A stretch of DNA of 63,804 bases, filler included, from Atractiella rhizophila (lineage: Eukaryota), in assembly GCA_021432655.1 (NCBI GenBank). It is 9 parts of 9 records of this genome, joined end to end, with 100 filler letters (N's around TTAATTAATTAA, not from the genome) between each part and the next. Parts side by side here need not be neighbours in the genome. Positions count along the whole stretch, not along the records: positions 1 to 10,139 come from MU272085.1; positions 10,240 to 20,333 come from MU272087.1; 7 more parts are not named here. One strand, written 5' to 3'. This document shows, piece by piece, positions 1 through 12,887 of this stretch (positions are counted from its first letter, which is position 1; each line of letters starts with the position of its first letter). The notes below the pieces were generated by a model. The model was not told the DNA's origin. It worked only from the letters and a program-made list of their open reading frames with translations, and made no database searches. Made by a program: the position numbers and the translations under genes.

Positions 1-771
1 AATTGGACTGATCGGTGGACCATGTTTTCCACTTCCAGTTGTGAGCTCCACAATAGCAGAGGAGCGGAGCGGGAAACATGCAGTAAAGAGTTCGTGTGAG
101 CAGAGGTCATTACGAGAACTGGAGGACTGTTGCCGTCCTCCAGAACACTCCAAAGAACGCAGAAAGACCATCTCCACCTGAAATGACGCCTCCGATTCGA
201 TACAACAGAGCAATATTAAGATAGTTGTCGGCTGCTGTTGTTTTGGTTGTCAGGCTGGCGCAGTCCTGCCGAGCTTGTCACCCGCTTCCAAGCGTTCCAT
301 GACCACGACATTGAAGGACGACGTGCAGCAAAACATGTTTTCTCTAGTAGAAGGGAGAATTATAACGTGCAAATATCGCATACTCTCATTCGACCGAATA
401 CCGCGCTGCTGTCTTGCCCTCGCCCTGATTCACGCTTAAATCCGATTGTCTCCATTCAAGTCATCATTACCGTCCATGCCCCCTCCGCTTTGCTGTCTTA
501 TAGGCCCTCCAGAGCAATCCCGATTTGCCTTACAAATGTCGTCACTTCAACCACTCATGTTAGCATGTTCCCTGATCTCTTGCTGGTTATAATCAACAGC
601 CGCAACATCAAGTGCTTGTTGCCACGGCTGCGCGGGTCAGGTGCTTCGAGGCATTGCACTGTCGATGTAAAATCTAACTGTTAGCTCCAATAGGATTCCA
701 TCGACCTGCTCAGACAATTAATCATCAACTTGAATAAGTGGCTGTTGCACAGAACTTCTAACTGGATGAGT

Positions 772-1982
772 TCAAAGACTGCTGATCGCAACGCTATCGG
801 CGTTAGTCTCGTTCAAATCGATATCCTCGGGCTTCAAATGCCTCTCACTAGCATATTCTATCCCGACCAATTCAGTGTCACGATTCTACATCGATCACAG
901 TTGAAATGTAACGCACCTAAAACGCTCCCGTCCCAGCTCCCATCTGCCCTACTCTCCATGCGGACCGTAGATATGCAGCAGTTCCCTACTCTACGAGCGA
1001 TAAATTCGGGAACACCTCGTTTCAGATTTTGGGAAAGTTCAGGTTGAACTGAGTATCGACGATCCATTACCAGAGAGGATATGACTAGATGCCTCACCGG
1101 TCCTACATCCGAGCCATAAGCACATTAGTTGTCTTTCTGCGAACGTGTTGGAGTATGAGATAAACACACCTCCGTGAGTGGTTATCAGAACCTTTACATC
1201 ATCAAGATCTGGTGCTGAAGCAAGAGGCGTGACCGAGCCGGGAGTTGAAGGAAAGAGGTAGTCCCAGAAATCGCACAACCGTGCTTTGAGATGCTCGACA
1301 GGCTCAGCTCCAAAATCGTCCACGTTGGACCTAGCTGAGCGTTTTGCGTCCCACGACAACCCCTGTGGTGTGGGTTTGGCTGAGTCGAGCAAAAATCGTA
1401 TGTTAAGATGCAAACTGACTTGTAAAGAGCCTAGAAACTGGAGGGAATGGTCATCGCAGGGAGATGAAGAATGCGGCTGGACCTACATTTTCCCGTATCC
1501 GCTGATCAGTTTGAACGTGTTTCGGCTCGCTAAGTTGCTCCATTATGAGTTCTCCCGTCTTGAAAAGAGGTCAGCATCTATGTGTGGGATTGAACGAGAC
1601 AGAAAGTGAGACCTTCTGTGCGCGCTGCAAGTCGCTACTGAAGCAGAAGTCAAATTTCTGTCCAACTCGCTCGAAATATTTGCCAGTGTCGATTGCTTGC
1701 TGCAATCCAAGCTCCTAAAACATAGAGATCAGGCAACAAACGCAGATCTGACCCAAATTGCTGGATGAAGCATGTACATTGAGTTTTGTATCTAGATGGC
1801 CTTGAACGATCCTTGCCTGATAGCATCGCATGTCAGCTTTCCCATATCATCGCGCACTATTGGTACTCACTTTGTTCTCTGCCGTCTCTCCGTGACGCTA
1901 TAATAAAATGTTCTTCATCATTCAGACTGCCAGGAAGGAAGAAGTCGAGGTAACGCACAACGATAGTGACCGTGACTTTCAT
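772..1982 (-). CDS. Histidine phosphatase / phosphoglycerate-mutase family protein (multi-exon)
   Basis: Hand-spliced: MKVTVTIV|RHGETAENK|ARIVQGHLDTKLN... contains the RHG catalytic motif. Later exons give E..E...RL, VLITTHGG, GNCCIS and YASERHL. ATG 1980-1982, TGA 772-774. Confidence 0.88.
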
Positions 1983-2677
1983 CTCTCTACATTCACCGCG
2001 ATCTAATGGCTAGTCTCTATGAAGGTGATACTCAGTGCTTGCTTAGAGCCTGGACCCTATGTACAACACAATGCAATTTGTTACTGAACGATAAAGTTTG
2101 AAATTTCAAAAGGATACAAGGAAAAGGTAATTAACCTTGCCTTCTGACTCAGACAAATCCTTTCGGACAATGAAGCTGAAGTCACATGACATACTTTTGG
2201 TCATCAATATCTCCTTCCTTCCACAACGGTCTTCCTCCAAATTTTAATGTACAGTTAAATACCTCCCCTAACCATTTCTGACCGTATAAACCAAAGTCTG
2301 TTTAAGGGAGGATAACAATTCGTGGCAACAGTATGAGATACAATATTTCAACTAGTGGCAGTTGCTATCCACTTTATTCTGAGGCTACAATAACTTCCTT
2401 CCCCTCCACGGGTGAGCAGAGGGACGAAGGACCCTCTTTGCTGATTCCGAAATCGTTTATATAACTAGAGGAAGCTGCAGAACATATTCTCTAGGAGTAT
2501 GATGCAGGTTATCGACGTCCCACCGTGCGTCATCGACTCATTGACGTCTTAGCTTAGGTCCAGTTTGACATACAGGATCAATCTCTGACTCCTGCCTTTT
2601 CAAGACATAAGATGACAATCTACTTCGTAGGTGCAATGAATATTCCCATATTATTTCAAAGTGGAGGCTGTCGTGGT

Positions 2678-2979
2678 TCAGCAAGAGCCTGTTTATATCG
2701 GCTTGCCTTAGTAACAGGGCGCAACAGTGCACGCACAACTCACAAAGTGGACCAACTTGGCTATAGAAGGATTCAGGCACATTATTGAAAGCTGGCGAAT
2801 CACTCACCATTCCGTAGGGCAGCCATCGCCAATAGTTTGACGTTCAGCAAGGTTCTCGCTGGAAGGCTGTAGAGTCGGTGTTAAACATCCGCGCCGAGCG
2901 TGCTGGAGAAGGGAGAAACTGTACTCACAGAAGCGGAAACGAAGGCGGCGAGCAGGGCAACAAGAGCGAAGAACTTCAT
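2678..2979 (-). CDS. Small secreted cysteine-rich prepropeptide, 45 aa: MKFFALVALLAAFVSASPSSENLAERQTIGDGCPTECQVGPLCSC
   Basis: Exons 2979-2929, 2866-2808, 2760-2744, 2688-2678. Three GTGAGT...AG introns (62, 47, 55 nt) keep the frame. Signal peptide, LAER|Q pro-site, 4 Cys. Confidence 0.8.
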
Positions 2980-3030
2980 TCTGAAAGCACAGTCTTTAGT
3001 TGAGATGCTTTCTCCATCCAATGTCAAGCA

Positions 3031-3038
3031 CTTTTATA
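3031..3038 (-). promoter_or_regulatory. TATA box of the small secreted peptide gene
   Basis: TATAAAAG on the minus strand, about 50 nt upstream of the ATG at 2979. Confidence 0.55.
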
Positions 3039-4701
3039 CCGAGCTTGCATAGGTGGGGAAATATCTGGGCGATAAGACTTGCGCAGATAACCCATGCTGA
3101 CGTCGTGGCCCATCTCCGGACCAAGCCTCAAATCTACTCGCTTCCCTCCACTTTCGTGATCAGGACGGAAGGGTGGTCGGTCTGGCGGGTGTAGGGGGAG
3201 AAGAACTGCTGATAAGCCTTTGATATTTGCCTTCATGTGGCCGATAAATCGGGCTTCCCTTTCTCATGTCAAGTCTTGGTACTTGAAGAAAGCTAGGAGG
3301 CGATATCATTATATGATAATACAGTTGCAAAACTCGGTATAGCATTTGGTTTTCGATTTTGCTTTCAATACCATCTCCATTGGCCGTAGGGTAGGTATGG
3401 CAGGCAAGGGGCAGCGGAAACCAATTGGGCATCGGTGACGATAGAACATCCTAACAGGCTCCCAAAAGCCTGGCTTGAAATCATATGTACTTATCGACAT
3501 GTCTCTCGGAAGAATTGATCGAATACAAGGCCTCGAAATTGTTCCAACAATTGTAGGTAGTTCCTACTGTACGTTGCTGAGCGCACCATTGAAATGCTCA
3601 GAGAAAAATCCGCGATTAGAAATTGACAGGCATGACAATTCGCACCTTTCGTCTCATCCCGAATAAACACAACTCCGAGCCAGAGTGCGAGCAGAGAAAC
3701 AATTGAATGCTTTCTCCTCCTCCCCATCATCAATTGATCGGAATGATATGTAGGTATCTTGTTCACACGGGACAAAGACGACAAGGAAGAGTCCGGTGCT
3801 TGGAAGTCTTGGCCCTCTTTGAACACTCCTCTTTTGTGTCCTTGGGCTTTATAAAGGAGCCCGAATGGAAGAAGAGACCAGAAAGTCACAGATAGAACTG
3901 GCAACTCAACATGCGTTTCTTTTCCGCCATCACTGCTGTCGCCTTCCTTGCAGGTGCAGTTCTTGCCGCTGTGAGTTCCCGCTTCTAGCTCAGTGGTACA
4001 GCATTTATAAAGGAAAATATGGGCAGCCTGAAGGGAAAGTAGGGGAGAGACAAGTCAATCCATGCCAGCCCAACGATCCGCCAGAGTGCGTGTACTACAA
4101 TCTTTGTGAGTTTTGCGGCATTGTGCTATGCGAAATCAGTGCTGAGGCTGTGAAAGGCTTATGTTAAACTGCAAATGAAACGGTTTGGAGGCTTCCAGTC
4201 GAGTTCAAGTTTCTCCTTCCCAAACCTCTCCGTTTGAGATATCGTCAGCGATGAAATTACATATAGTTGCCTCCGCATAGGGGAAGAGAGACCAAAGTGC
4301 TCCATGTAGATCCTTTCAAAAAGGTAGAAAAATCCGCATAACGACTGCGATGTTTTCGAGGGTTTATCCTTCTGCGTCATACGTCCAAGCCTCCTCTGCA
4401 TCAAAAGAAAGGAGCAATAATTTGCAACGGTTCATCTCCACTAATGTTCAAGTGCCAATCCCGTCAACGAAGTTAGGTTGGAGCTGATCATCGATTACAG
4501 AGAACAAGAGGCTGGGGTAACACAGTTGCGCCTCATAATATTTATATGCAGCACTGTATCGCAAATCTTTCCAGGCTGCAGGACTTCAGGCCAAAGCTTG
4601 GACCTACAATTGCTAGGCACTGATGCCAATAGATCAGTGTGCATTGGCGGGTCCCCGCTCAAATCATGCAACCAACATTCATTGCAATACCGACGACTCA
4701 C

Positions 4702-4952
4702 TTAAAGGTACTTGGCCTTTCCGCCTTTCTCCTGGTTAACACCAATAATCCAATAATCCGTATTTCCCATCTTGGCATCTTGTGAGACTTTGATGTCAAA
4801 GTACACTACCCGGTAGTCTGGCCCATATTTACACCACCATCCGGTCGGGACGAGCCAGGTATGCCATTCAACCTCAAAGGCGGTCTGGACGAAAATTGTC
4901 AATAGAGGATGTGAACCTTCGAAGGACCCGACGAGGAACTCATGGGCATCAC
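4702..4952 (-). CDS. Last exon of an unidentified small protein (upstream exons unresolved)
   Basis: AG-preceded open exon DAHEFLVGSFEGSHPLL...YGPDYRVVYFD...IIGVNQEKGGKAKYL*. Several donor sites (GTAAGC, GTATGT, GTGAGG) lie upstream to about 5300. Confidence 0.35.
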
Positions 4953-5714
4953 TAACGTGCGCGTCCAGTGGAAGCTATGTTTACTTCACTTGGCCGAACA
5001 CATACCATCATGGGGCTTTGCAGCGTTCCCCATCGGTGTTAGTGCAATATCGTCTTCCATGAGTTCGGGAGCACGCATGTGGGGAGGCTTACTTCCTGAG
5101 CCGCATTAATGAACGGCTTGTGAGGGACCGTAGACCTGGCCAGATTTTTGCCTCAGAGCACCATGCTATCAACAAATTTCTTAATGCTAATTGTGCTCGT
5201 TCGTTAAGACAAGGTTCAGTTGTGTTGTTTCCAGTCATGCTTCCGACTAGGTTTTAATGGGTCTGTCAAGACCTGAACCTCACCCAACGTCCGTCATGGT
5301 AACCATGATACGTAGAAGTGACTGCGCTACCTCTGCAAGTGTTTGATGCTTTTAACATCTGACCACCTGACAAGGACATCCACGATTCAACCCTATCCTA
5401 GAAACCAGAGAGGATTTTTGTCCTCGCGATCTAGATCAAGCACTCGAGCTAACTGAATTCATCAATGCGCAGACATTATCTTTATACCTTTATTGTTTCA
5501 TCGCGGAGCTCCTCCGAGCTTCGAGAGTTCCCGTTAATATATCAGTCTGCCGTCGTTGGATGTGGGATATGGGAGGTGCTGGCTTGTCTCCCTCTGTCAA
5601 ATTTGTCGTCGATGCTTGCTCTTTGAAAACCTTGGATAGTGGCTGCACAGTTTCTTCGGCAGGCAGATGGCAGAGCTAGCCAGACAGATTATACGCATAA
5701 TTGAGATTGTTTTG

Positions 5715-7728
5715 ATGGGAGGTTCAGTCACAGCTCCATTCAAGACAATCTCAGAGTTGGTCGATAGATTTTTCTTCCCTGATTTCCCTGCAAGCGCATT
5801 ACCTCAATTCTATTCCATTCTTGGTATGTCTCTCATACACCCCAGTTGCTCATTAATATTTTGGTAGGCTTAAACGCAGCTTTGGGAGTGATCTCCATTG
5901 CGTGCATCGTAATTCGTTTGAATGTGAAGAACTTCTTCCTCTTTTCGATCCGAGGGGGGTTATTCCTTGTATACCTCAGCTATGTTTGACACTTCTTTCT
6001 CAGATCGTTACATTGTTATCAACACGCCGATAATCTTCAGTGCTCTTCTTTTAGCATACATCATCAGTAAGTGGATTACTATGAAGACAGGAAGATCTCT
6101 CTGACTGATGACCAAGGCGTTGAACTGGTTATTTGGCGGACAAGCGAGGTGTTCAACGGGAAGCACGCTTATGAGAACTTGATTCTCTACCGAATGTTTG
6201 CGTGGTACATTCTTTCTTAGCAAGTAGAACGTATTGTTGACTCGACATATTAGGTTGACCCTCTGGTTGGGAGGCTACTACAAAGGTTCGTGTTTTCTAA
6301 CTTAAATGTAAATGGGCTCATGTAGGTGCAGGGTATGGGATCGTCATAGCAGCATCTGTCAAAGCACAAGGAACACAAATGGGTCTCTCCTCTGAACGGT
6401 TCAGCCGACGACCTCGCAGCCTCAGCATCCTGTTTGCGATCGTACTTCCTTTGTTATATTCCGCCACAATCATCGCGACTCATGTGTGGTCAAATATCGT
6501 TTGCAACCGCAGTTTCGAAGCATATGAAAGGGTGACGAAGACTCTGCTCCTACTCCAGAACACCACCGATGTTAACATTCAACAAAGCACATTCCAATTG
6601 GTTACACCCCTCACTGAATTGATGGAGCTGGGAACTACGTGCTTCATGGCTAAGCGCGTACTCTTTGGATCGTGGGCTGGATGGTTGGTCATTGTGTTTT
6701 TTGTGCGCTCTGCTTTCATTTCTCCACGGGCCTCACGAAATAATAGTCGCTCAGGTGGGAGGTTATGCATTCTTTATCATGGCAAAGACGCTCAAGAGTC
6801 AGATTCGGGTCCTTGAACAAGTACTCGATGGCGTGTGTATTCCACCAACAACAAAGTTCCACCTTCATCAGCTTACTCGTGTCACCAGATTAGGCGATTA
6901 GAGCAGACTGGCAATCGTCAGAGCTCGCTCGAAGCAACCGTCACATTAAAAACGTACACATTGCAAAACGCCCTTTTCAACCTTCGAGTCCATGGTTTGT
7001 TGAGTTGTTTCCACCCCAGAATAGCTTGCTCATCCCTGGCAGCTTTCGGACTTTTTGCGTCATCTCTAAGCTAGTGCGTTTCTTATTTACTCTTTATAAA
7101 ATACTTCCTCTGATAGACTCGCCAGCCTAGGGGCTACTTCACTTACACTCGCGTTGGGCGCACGAGCACAGACCGATGGCAAGTACTTCGCAACTATTAA
7201 CCTATGGTTCTTGTGAGTCTGCGTTTCCAGCAATCCCAGACTGACGGCGAAAGTAGTTGGACCTTTATAGTATTCGGAACTGTGAGTACCTTCATCTGCA
7301 GCTTTGGGTACAAGTTGACAACTGTAGAATAGCCTGGATTGATTCTGAACTTCCAAAGCGGAATCGACGATGGCAGCTTCATCGGTCTTCCATCCTCTGC
7401 CAGTCTACGCGGGGAACCTTCCTTGAGATATATAAGCGGTTCTTCTGCTATGGAAGCAGTAAAAATCACAGCTGGTCAGCCGCTAACCTTGATGCCCTCA
7501 CGAGTCTCTTCCTCTCGCCTGGGAACCGATGAGCACGTCGTCCAAATTCAAAACGACCCTCAACAACAGCCAAAAGCGATAGCAAGGAACCCTCCACCTC
7601 CACATGCGTCAAAGCTTAGGAATCCAAAAGATGCCTTTCGGATCGCTGACGCTTCTTCTGGATCTTTGCGGTCCACGGCTGGAAAACCATCGACTTGGAA
7701 GGAGCGGAACCTTCCGGTTTCGCTCTGA
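5715..7728 (+). CDS. Uncharacterised multi-pass (possibly 7-TM) membrane protein, multi-exon
   Basis: Successive hydrophobic exons (GLNAALGVISIACIVIR; IVINTPIIFSALLLAYII; ILFAIVLPLLY; FGSWAGWLVIVFF) separated by short GT-AG introns. Ser/Pro-rich C-tail is ORF 7339-7728. Confidence 0.65.
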
Positions 7729-7997
7729 GTCGAACCGTGTTATTGCACATCATTTGCCAATCTGCATTACGATTCATGTTGTACCTTCAGTCATCCTGTC
7801 GATTGTGGCAAATATGGTCTCAGTGACGTCGTTGAGTGCAACACAAGTCATTCAGTCTGGCTCGCACCATGATCCCATTACGCGGCGTCGTAAGTGCGTC
7901 GCCCCGTTTCAGTGCATTTATGAACTTGGGTAATCATTAACACAAACCATAACACAGACGTCAGATCATGTATCCATCAAGTTTATAAATACTTGGT

Positions 7998-10139
7998 TCA
8001 GACCCAAGTCCATCGAAAGTCCACGATCCACCGTACTTTCTCCCAAAGTCCCTCCTCCTCCTTCCTTCGAGGATCTTTGATATGCACGACGGCAGCGCCA
8101 GTCATAAAGTCCATTTTTCGATACGGCACCCTTTTTGTGCGCTTGAACATCTTCCAGAAGATGAAGAGGAGCGGAAAGACTACAAGAGGGCAGTAGGAGA
8201 CGATGAAGTCGCCTGTCGCATGGCATTTTCTGTGAGCGCAGGTGATACGATAGGAGCGTGACGAACCAATTTCAAAGTTTCCTTTCAGGAAGACTTGCCT
8301 GGGAAAACGTGAGCATATGATAGTTTGAGGACAACATAAGAAAGGAAAGCAGACCATCCATTGAAGAGCACAATGATGATCGACCAACCGAGTCCCCAAT
8401 AGGCAAGCTAGTATTTTGTTAGGTATTCCATCAGTGAAGACAGGAGCGAGCATACGTAAGGCTGCAACGGGGACCGATACGGCAAGCTCTTCCTGCTGAT
8501 ACCTTGCCTTTTCAATCCCTCATGCCAGCGTCTATTCTCCGCATAAGGACTACTTCCGTCACAAACCCGTGCATAAAAGCGACGCACAAGAACGTATAGC
8601 AGATCCCGACCCAACTTAGCAACCATCCGAGGGCGGAGAGCGTATTGATGTACATGAAGGTCTATCCAACCCATTCATCAGTCCATCAGCTCATCTCCGG
8701 TCGCCAACCTGCTAGGCTCGCAGAAGGACGTACTCGAATTACTCTCCGGTCTTTACTGGCACTAGTATAAGCCAGCGCGCCAAAACTCCCACAAACAGCA
8801 ACAGCGACCCAGGGAACACCATTGGCTGTCTTGGAGAGAAAGGATGGGGCGTTGCCAGTTGCTGCGAGGCCGTGGAGCGTACGGGAGGCGACGAAGAGCG
8901 CCGCGCTATTCAGCTTGCTCAACCACTACACACGAATGAGAATGAAGAAATCAGGGTACATACTTTCCAGCGGAACTGAGACGAAATGGGGTTGGTCAGC
9001 AGCATAAAGGTGGCGGTGGAAGGGGCAGCGCACAGAGCGGAGGCTAGGATGAGCGCATTCACGATGTGTGGGAGGGTTTTAATGCCCGCGTTCGTTATAG
9101 CTTCATCCGAAACATGAGCCTTTTGCCTCGGGATCCGAATTATACATACCGACTATCCACGGCGAAGCCCTATATCAGGCCGGTACCGTCCATGAGTTCT
9201 GCGTATCAGGTATGGAAGGAACGCACGAAATGGCCTTGAAGGGATTGTCGACGTGCATCAGCCTCGGATCATCGCTCGCGACGATGAGCCCAATGATGAA
9301 CACGCCTAGAATGTACAGTATCGTTCTATCCAATCATGAAACGTTATCCTTCGGCTCGGCTCAGAAGGAAAGGGGGAAGGGAGACGTACATCCGCAGGAA
9401 TACGGCTTTGATGGCCATGGGAACGACGCGAGACGGTTCCCTGCTTTCCCTCGCCAGTATGCCGATTAGTTCTGTGCCATTGTAGGACGCGGTCGCCTGG
9501 ATGAGGACGGCCCAGAAACCTGTCATCGCAACACGCCGTATCGCACAAGCCAAAGTCAAAGCCAAAGCAAAAGAAAAAAGTGTGCTCTAGGTCAGTAGCC
9601 ATTCTTCCAACAGAAAAGGGACAGGGTGAGACGAACCAAGGAACCGACCCTTTGATCCCCCGATGCCCAAGTATTGTACGAATGCACCAGGATCGCGCCA
9701 AAACTCGAATCCGATTGTCTATCCGCACATCAACAGTGCATCAGCATGAGGTAAGAGCCGTTACATTGAAGCGTGAGAAGAAAGACGAACGTGACCTGTA
9801 GGACCGGCGCCGGAAGTGATAGTGATACCAATAATGACTGTATCCAACAATCCATGTGAGTTCCGCGATCTGAACATCCAGACATCTTGTGGACTGGATC
9901 TGACGAGAAAGGGAAGGAGGGATAGGAGACGTACTCAGTCCGACGATCGTGACAACCTTCAAAGCGGCGAAGAAAGATTCGAGCTCTCCAAACTGTTATC
10001 CAAACAAACAGAGATGCAAAGAACGTCAGCTTTCTCCTATCCAACCCAGCCAACCGAGGGACAGGGAGGAATAAAGAATGGAGGAAGAGAGGGTGGATGA
10101 CGTACCACCCGTGCACCGAGTCCGTTTACAGCGAGTATG
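7998..10139 (-). CDS. Amino-acid permease (APC superfamily, YAT family), 5'-truncated
   Basis: Motifs IVGYSHYW, QATASYNGTELIGILARESREPSRVVPMAIK, ASRTLHGLA..G.AP..L.KT..GVPWVAV, LPYRSPLQPY, FWKMFKRTK.VP...MDF.TG. Confidence 0.92.
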
Positions 10140-10239
10140 NNNNNNNNNNNNNNNNNNNNNNNNNNNNNNNNNNNNNNNNNNNNTTAATTAATTAANNNNN
10201 NNNNNNNNNNNNNNNNNNNNNNNNNNNNNNNNNNNNNNN
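10140..10239. other. Artificial contig linker; also at 20334-20433, 30504-30603, 34889-34988, 45037-45136, 55176-55275, 59529-59628, 62648-62747
   Basis: Same 100-nt spacer each time, with TTAATTAATTAA giving stops in all six frames. Genes are cut off at these points. Confidence 0.98.
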
Positions 10240-10853
10240 ATGAGCTCACTCCGAATTCTCCCCAGACGGATCCCACTTGGATGATGCGAGTTTTGATCTT
10301 GGATCCGTCCTTTTTGAACGTCTCAATCATGAGTGGCGCGAACTGCTGAACGCAGCGGACGGGTCCCCAGAAATTTGCTTCGAATGTTTTCATTCCTCCA
10401 TTGCGGTGAGTCAACCTCAGTCTCTGTGAGAATGTAACGACATACCTTTCTCGACGTCTAGCGTCAGCAACGGACCGATACCTGCAGTGAGTCCGGCATT
10501 TTGGACGAAGAGATCTAGCCTTCCGCTCTCTATTTTGATGATTTCGTGAACTCTCTCGATAGCCTCCTTTGAAGTGACATCCATTTCGTGTACCTAAAGT
10601 CCATCTGCTTAGAACGAAATTTTAGCCAAGAGGTTGATGACAGACCTTACACCCTGCCTCTTTCAAACCTTTCATCGACTCTATCCGCCTCGACGTGGCG
10701 TAGACTGTGTACCCTTTCTTGGCTAGCTCAACACAAAACCAATACCCCATTCCACCTTCCGAACCTTTGGACCATATAAGTTGTTGATTTCTTCACCTTG
10801 ATTGGGCAACGAAAGCACTTACATCCGGTCACGAGTGCCACCTTCTGCGACAT
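10240..10853 (-). CDS. Short-chain dehydrogenase/reductase (AYR1-like), 3'-truncated
   Basis: MSQKVALVTG|...GSEGGMG Rossmann motif; GRLDLFVQNAG; FEANFWGPVRCVQQFAPLM; RIIQVGSV. Confidence 0.85.
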
Positions 10854-11979
10854 TTTGTGAGAGTCGAGCTGGAAGTTGTCACCTGAAGCTGCCAAGAGCT
10901 GTTAAAAGGACAGCTGAAGAACAAGGTCTAAAGGCAGATGGTGCTGATTGTTTGGGCCACAGCCGGTAGATCCGGTTCGCTGCAAGTTCAAAGAAGTTCG
11001 TCAACATCACCTGCTTAAGTAAAAAGATGGCAGAAGTTGGAGTCACTTTGTTACATTGGCGTCGTTTGCCAAATGCAAAACTATCGGGCAATACAGAGAG
11101 GCCTCCATGTTCTGAAACTTTCGACAACGCGGAACAACTGAAATAACAGAACAACTTGAGTATTGAGTATAGGATGCAGGTTACAACAGTTGCATTCCTT
11201 GCCTGATTGTCGATTATGAAAATCCCAACATTTAGAACCAAGTCAGAAGGCATACACCAATCTGAGCTGTTTATAGCTGTCAAATATATCCAATTTCGTT
11301 CGCTTTCCTTAGAGGAAACTGGACACTGGGTAACTTAAGAGTTCTTGGTCTCCCAAAATGACCAAATTTAAGCTGACACTGGCCGTGACAATTTGTCGGT
11401 ACGTAATAAGAAGTAACACACCTTGAGCCTCAGAACGAACAGAATCCCAACAGATACTAAGCATTAAGAGAGCTCATCAAGAACTCAAAGGCGTCCATAT
11501 TCCAAAGTCATGATAAAAGATGAAAGTGTGAGAATTCTGGATAATTCTCGCCTTCTTGAGCGTAGCGGTGTCAATTCAGAGCTTTTGTGAACACAGTGGG
11601 AATGACACTTCCATAGCACTCCCTCAGCTTTCTAAGAGTTGTAGAATATCCACTGATGTCTTGAACCATTAGCTTGAGATAGATATTCAGCTGCGTGAAG
11701 ACATAAAGAAATCACCATAAAGTGGTAAAGTCGCGACACGATTCACATTCGAGGCTAACTTACAAAACACTGAATTTACGGCAATAAAGGGTTTTGCCAA
11801 AGCTCTTGAAGCTTGAAGCTGTAGAATTTGCGAATGGATCTGTTCTTTGAAAGAGAAGGAGACGAGAAAATATGCTTCTTCAGTCGGTTTAATGTACGTA
11901 CTTCGAGCGCACCTGCCACGTGTCCGCGCCAAAAGTTCTTCTGCAGTGCAGCCCCAGCACTGCAACTTTTACGACCATC

Positions 11980-12835
11980 ATGTTTCGTGCACTCTTCCGT
12001 CTTTCCCTCTTCATAGGCGCCATTTCCATCCTTCTATCCCAGCTAATCTCGCGCGGGATCGTGGATCCAGTTCCAGTCGTCGAGTTCCTCAAATCCGACA
12101 ATGTACCAGCTTTCGTTTCCACGAAAGTCAAGGCTGCTGAAGAGGTCCGCGTTTCTTCTGCCTCTCCTTTTTGAAGAAAGCTGCTGATTTGGGGATGATA
12201 GATCTTAGAAAAGTCGAAACTGAAGAGGTATACACCCGAGGAATTGGCGAAGTACGATGGAACTGACCCGACGAAGCCCATCCTGGTGGGGATTGGATGG
12301 ATGGGTGTTTGACATGTCTGCGAAACCTGGGGACGTGGGGTCCTGAAGGTGCGTGATCCTCCCATTGTTCTCGCAAAATAGAAGCTGACCTAATAAATTG
12401 GTCCAGGCGGATACTCCCACTTTCGCTGGTAAGTCGAACTGGAGGCGGTGCCGGAAAGCAAGAGCCCTCTGAAATTAATTTGCTGGTTATAGGGCACGAC
12501 TACGCTCGAGCTTTTGTAACTGGATGTTCGCGAGTCGAAGAACACCAGACACACGATACTCGGTACGGTCTCACTTTCTCCCTTGCCATACTTCTACTGA
12601 CGGAATTCCTTTAGTGGGTTTGACGGATGAGCAACGGGAGGTGTGTTTGTTCTCATGTTTCTAGTACCTTGTCTGACAGCTTTCGTGGCGTGGTAGCAAC
12701 TCGAGTATTTCAAAAAACTTTTACGCCAATCACCAAGATTACAAGAAAGTCGGATATGTCATTAATCCCCTCATCGACCCTAACAGTCCAGTGCCTCCAA
12801 ACTCTTGTAGGGGAGGTCCGGTTTATCAGATGTAA
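11980..12835 (+). CDS. Cytochrome b5-like heme/steroid-binding (MAPR, neuferricin-like) protein; apparent frameshifts
   Basis: N-terminal TM segment; YTPEELAKYDGTDPTKPIL; DGWVFDM; YSHFAGHDYARAFVTGC; FYANHQDYKKVGYVINPLIDP. Needs about 4 single-base homopolymer corrections. Confidence 0.85.
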
Positions 12836-12887
12836 GATGTAATGCTAGGTTTTCTCATCATCTCAGACCTTAGGTCCATGTTCCCTC

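Noticed and set aside
3400..4420. Short minus-strand ORFs (137 aa and 81 aa)
   Set aside because: No recognisable motif or consistent splice model.
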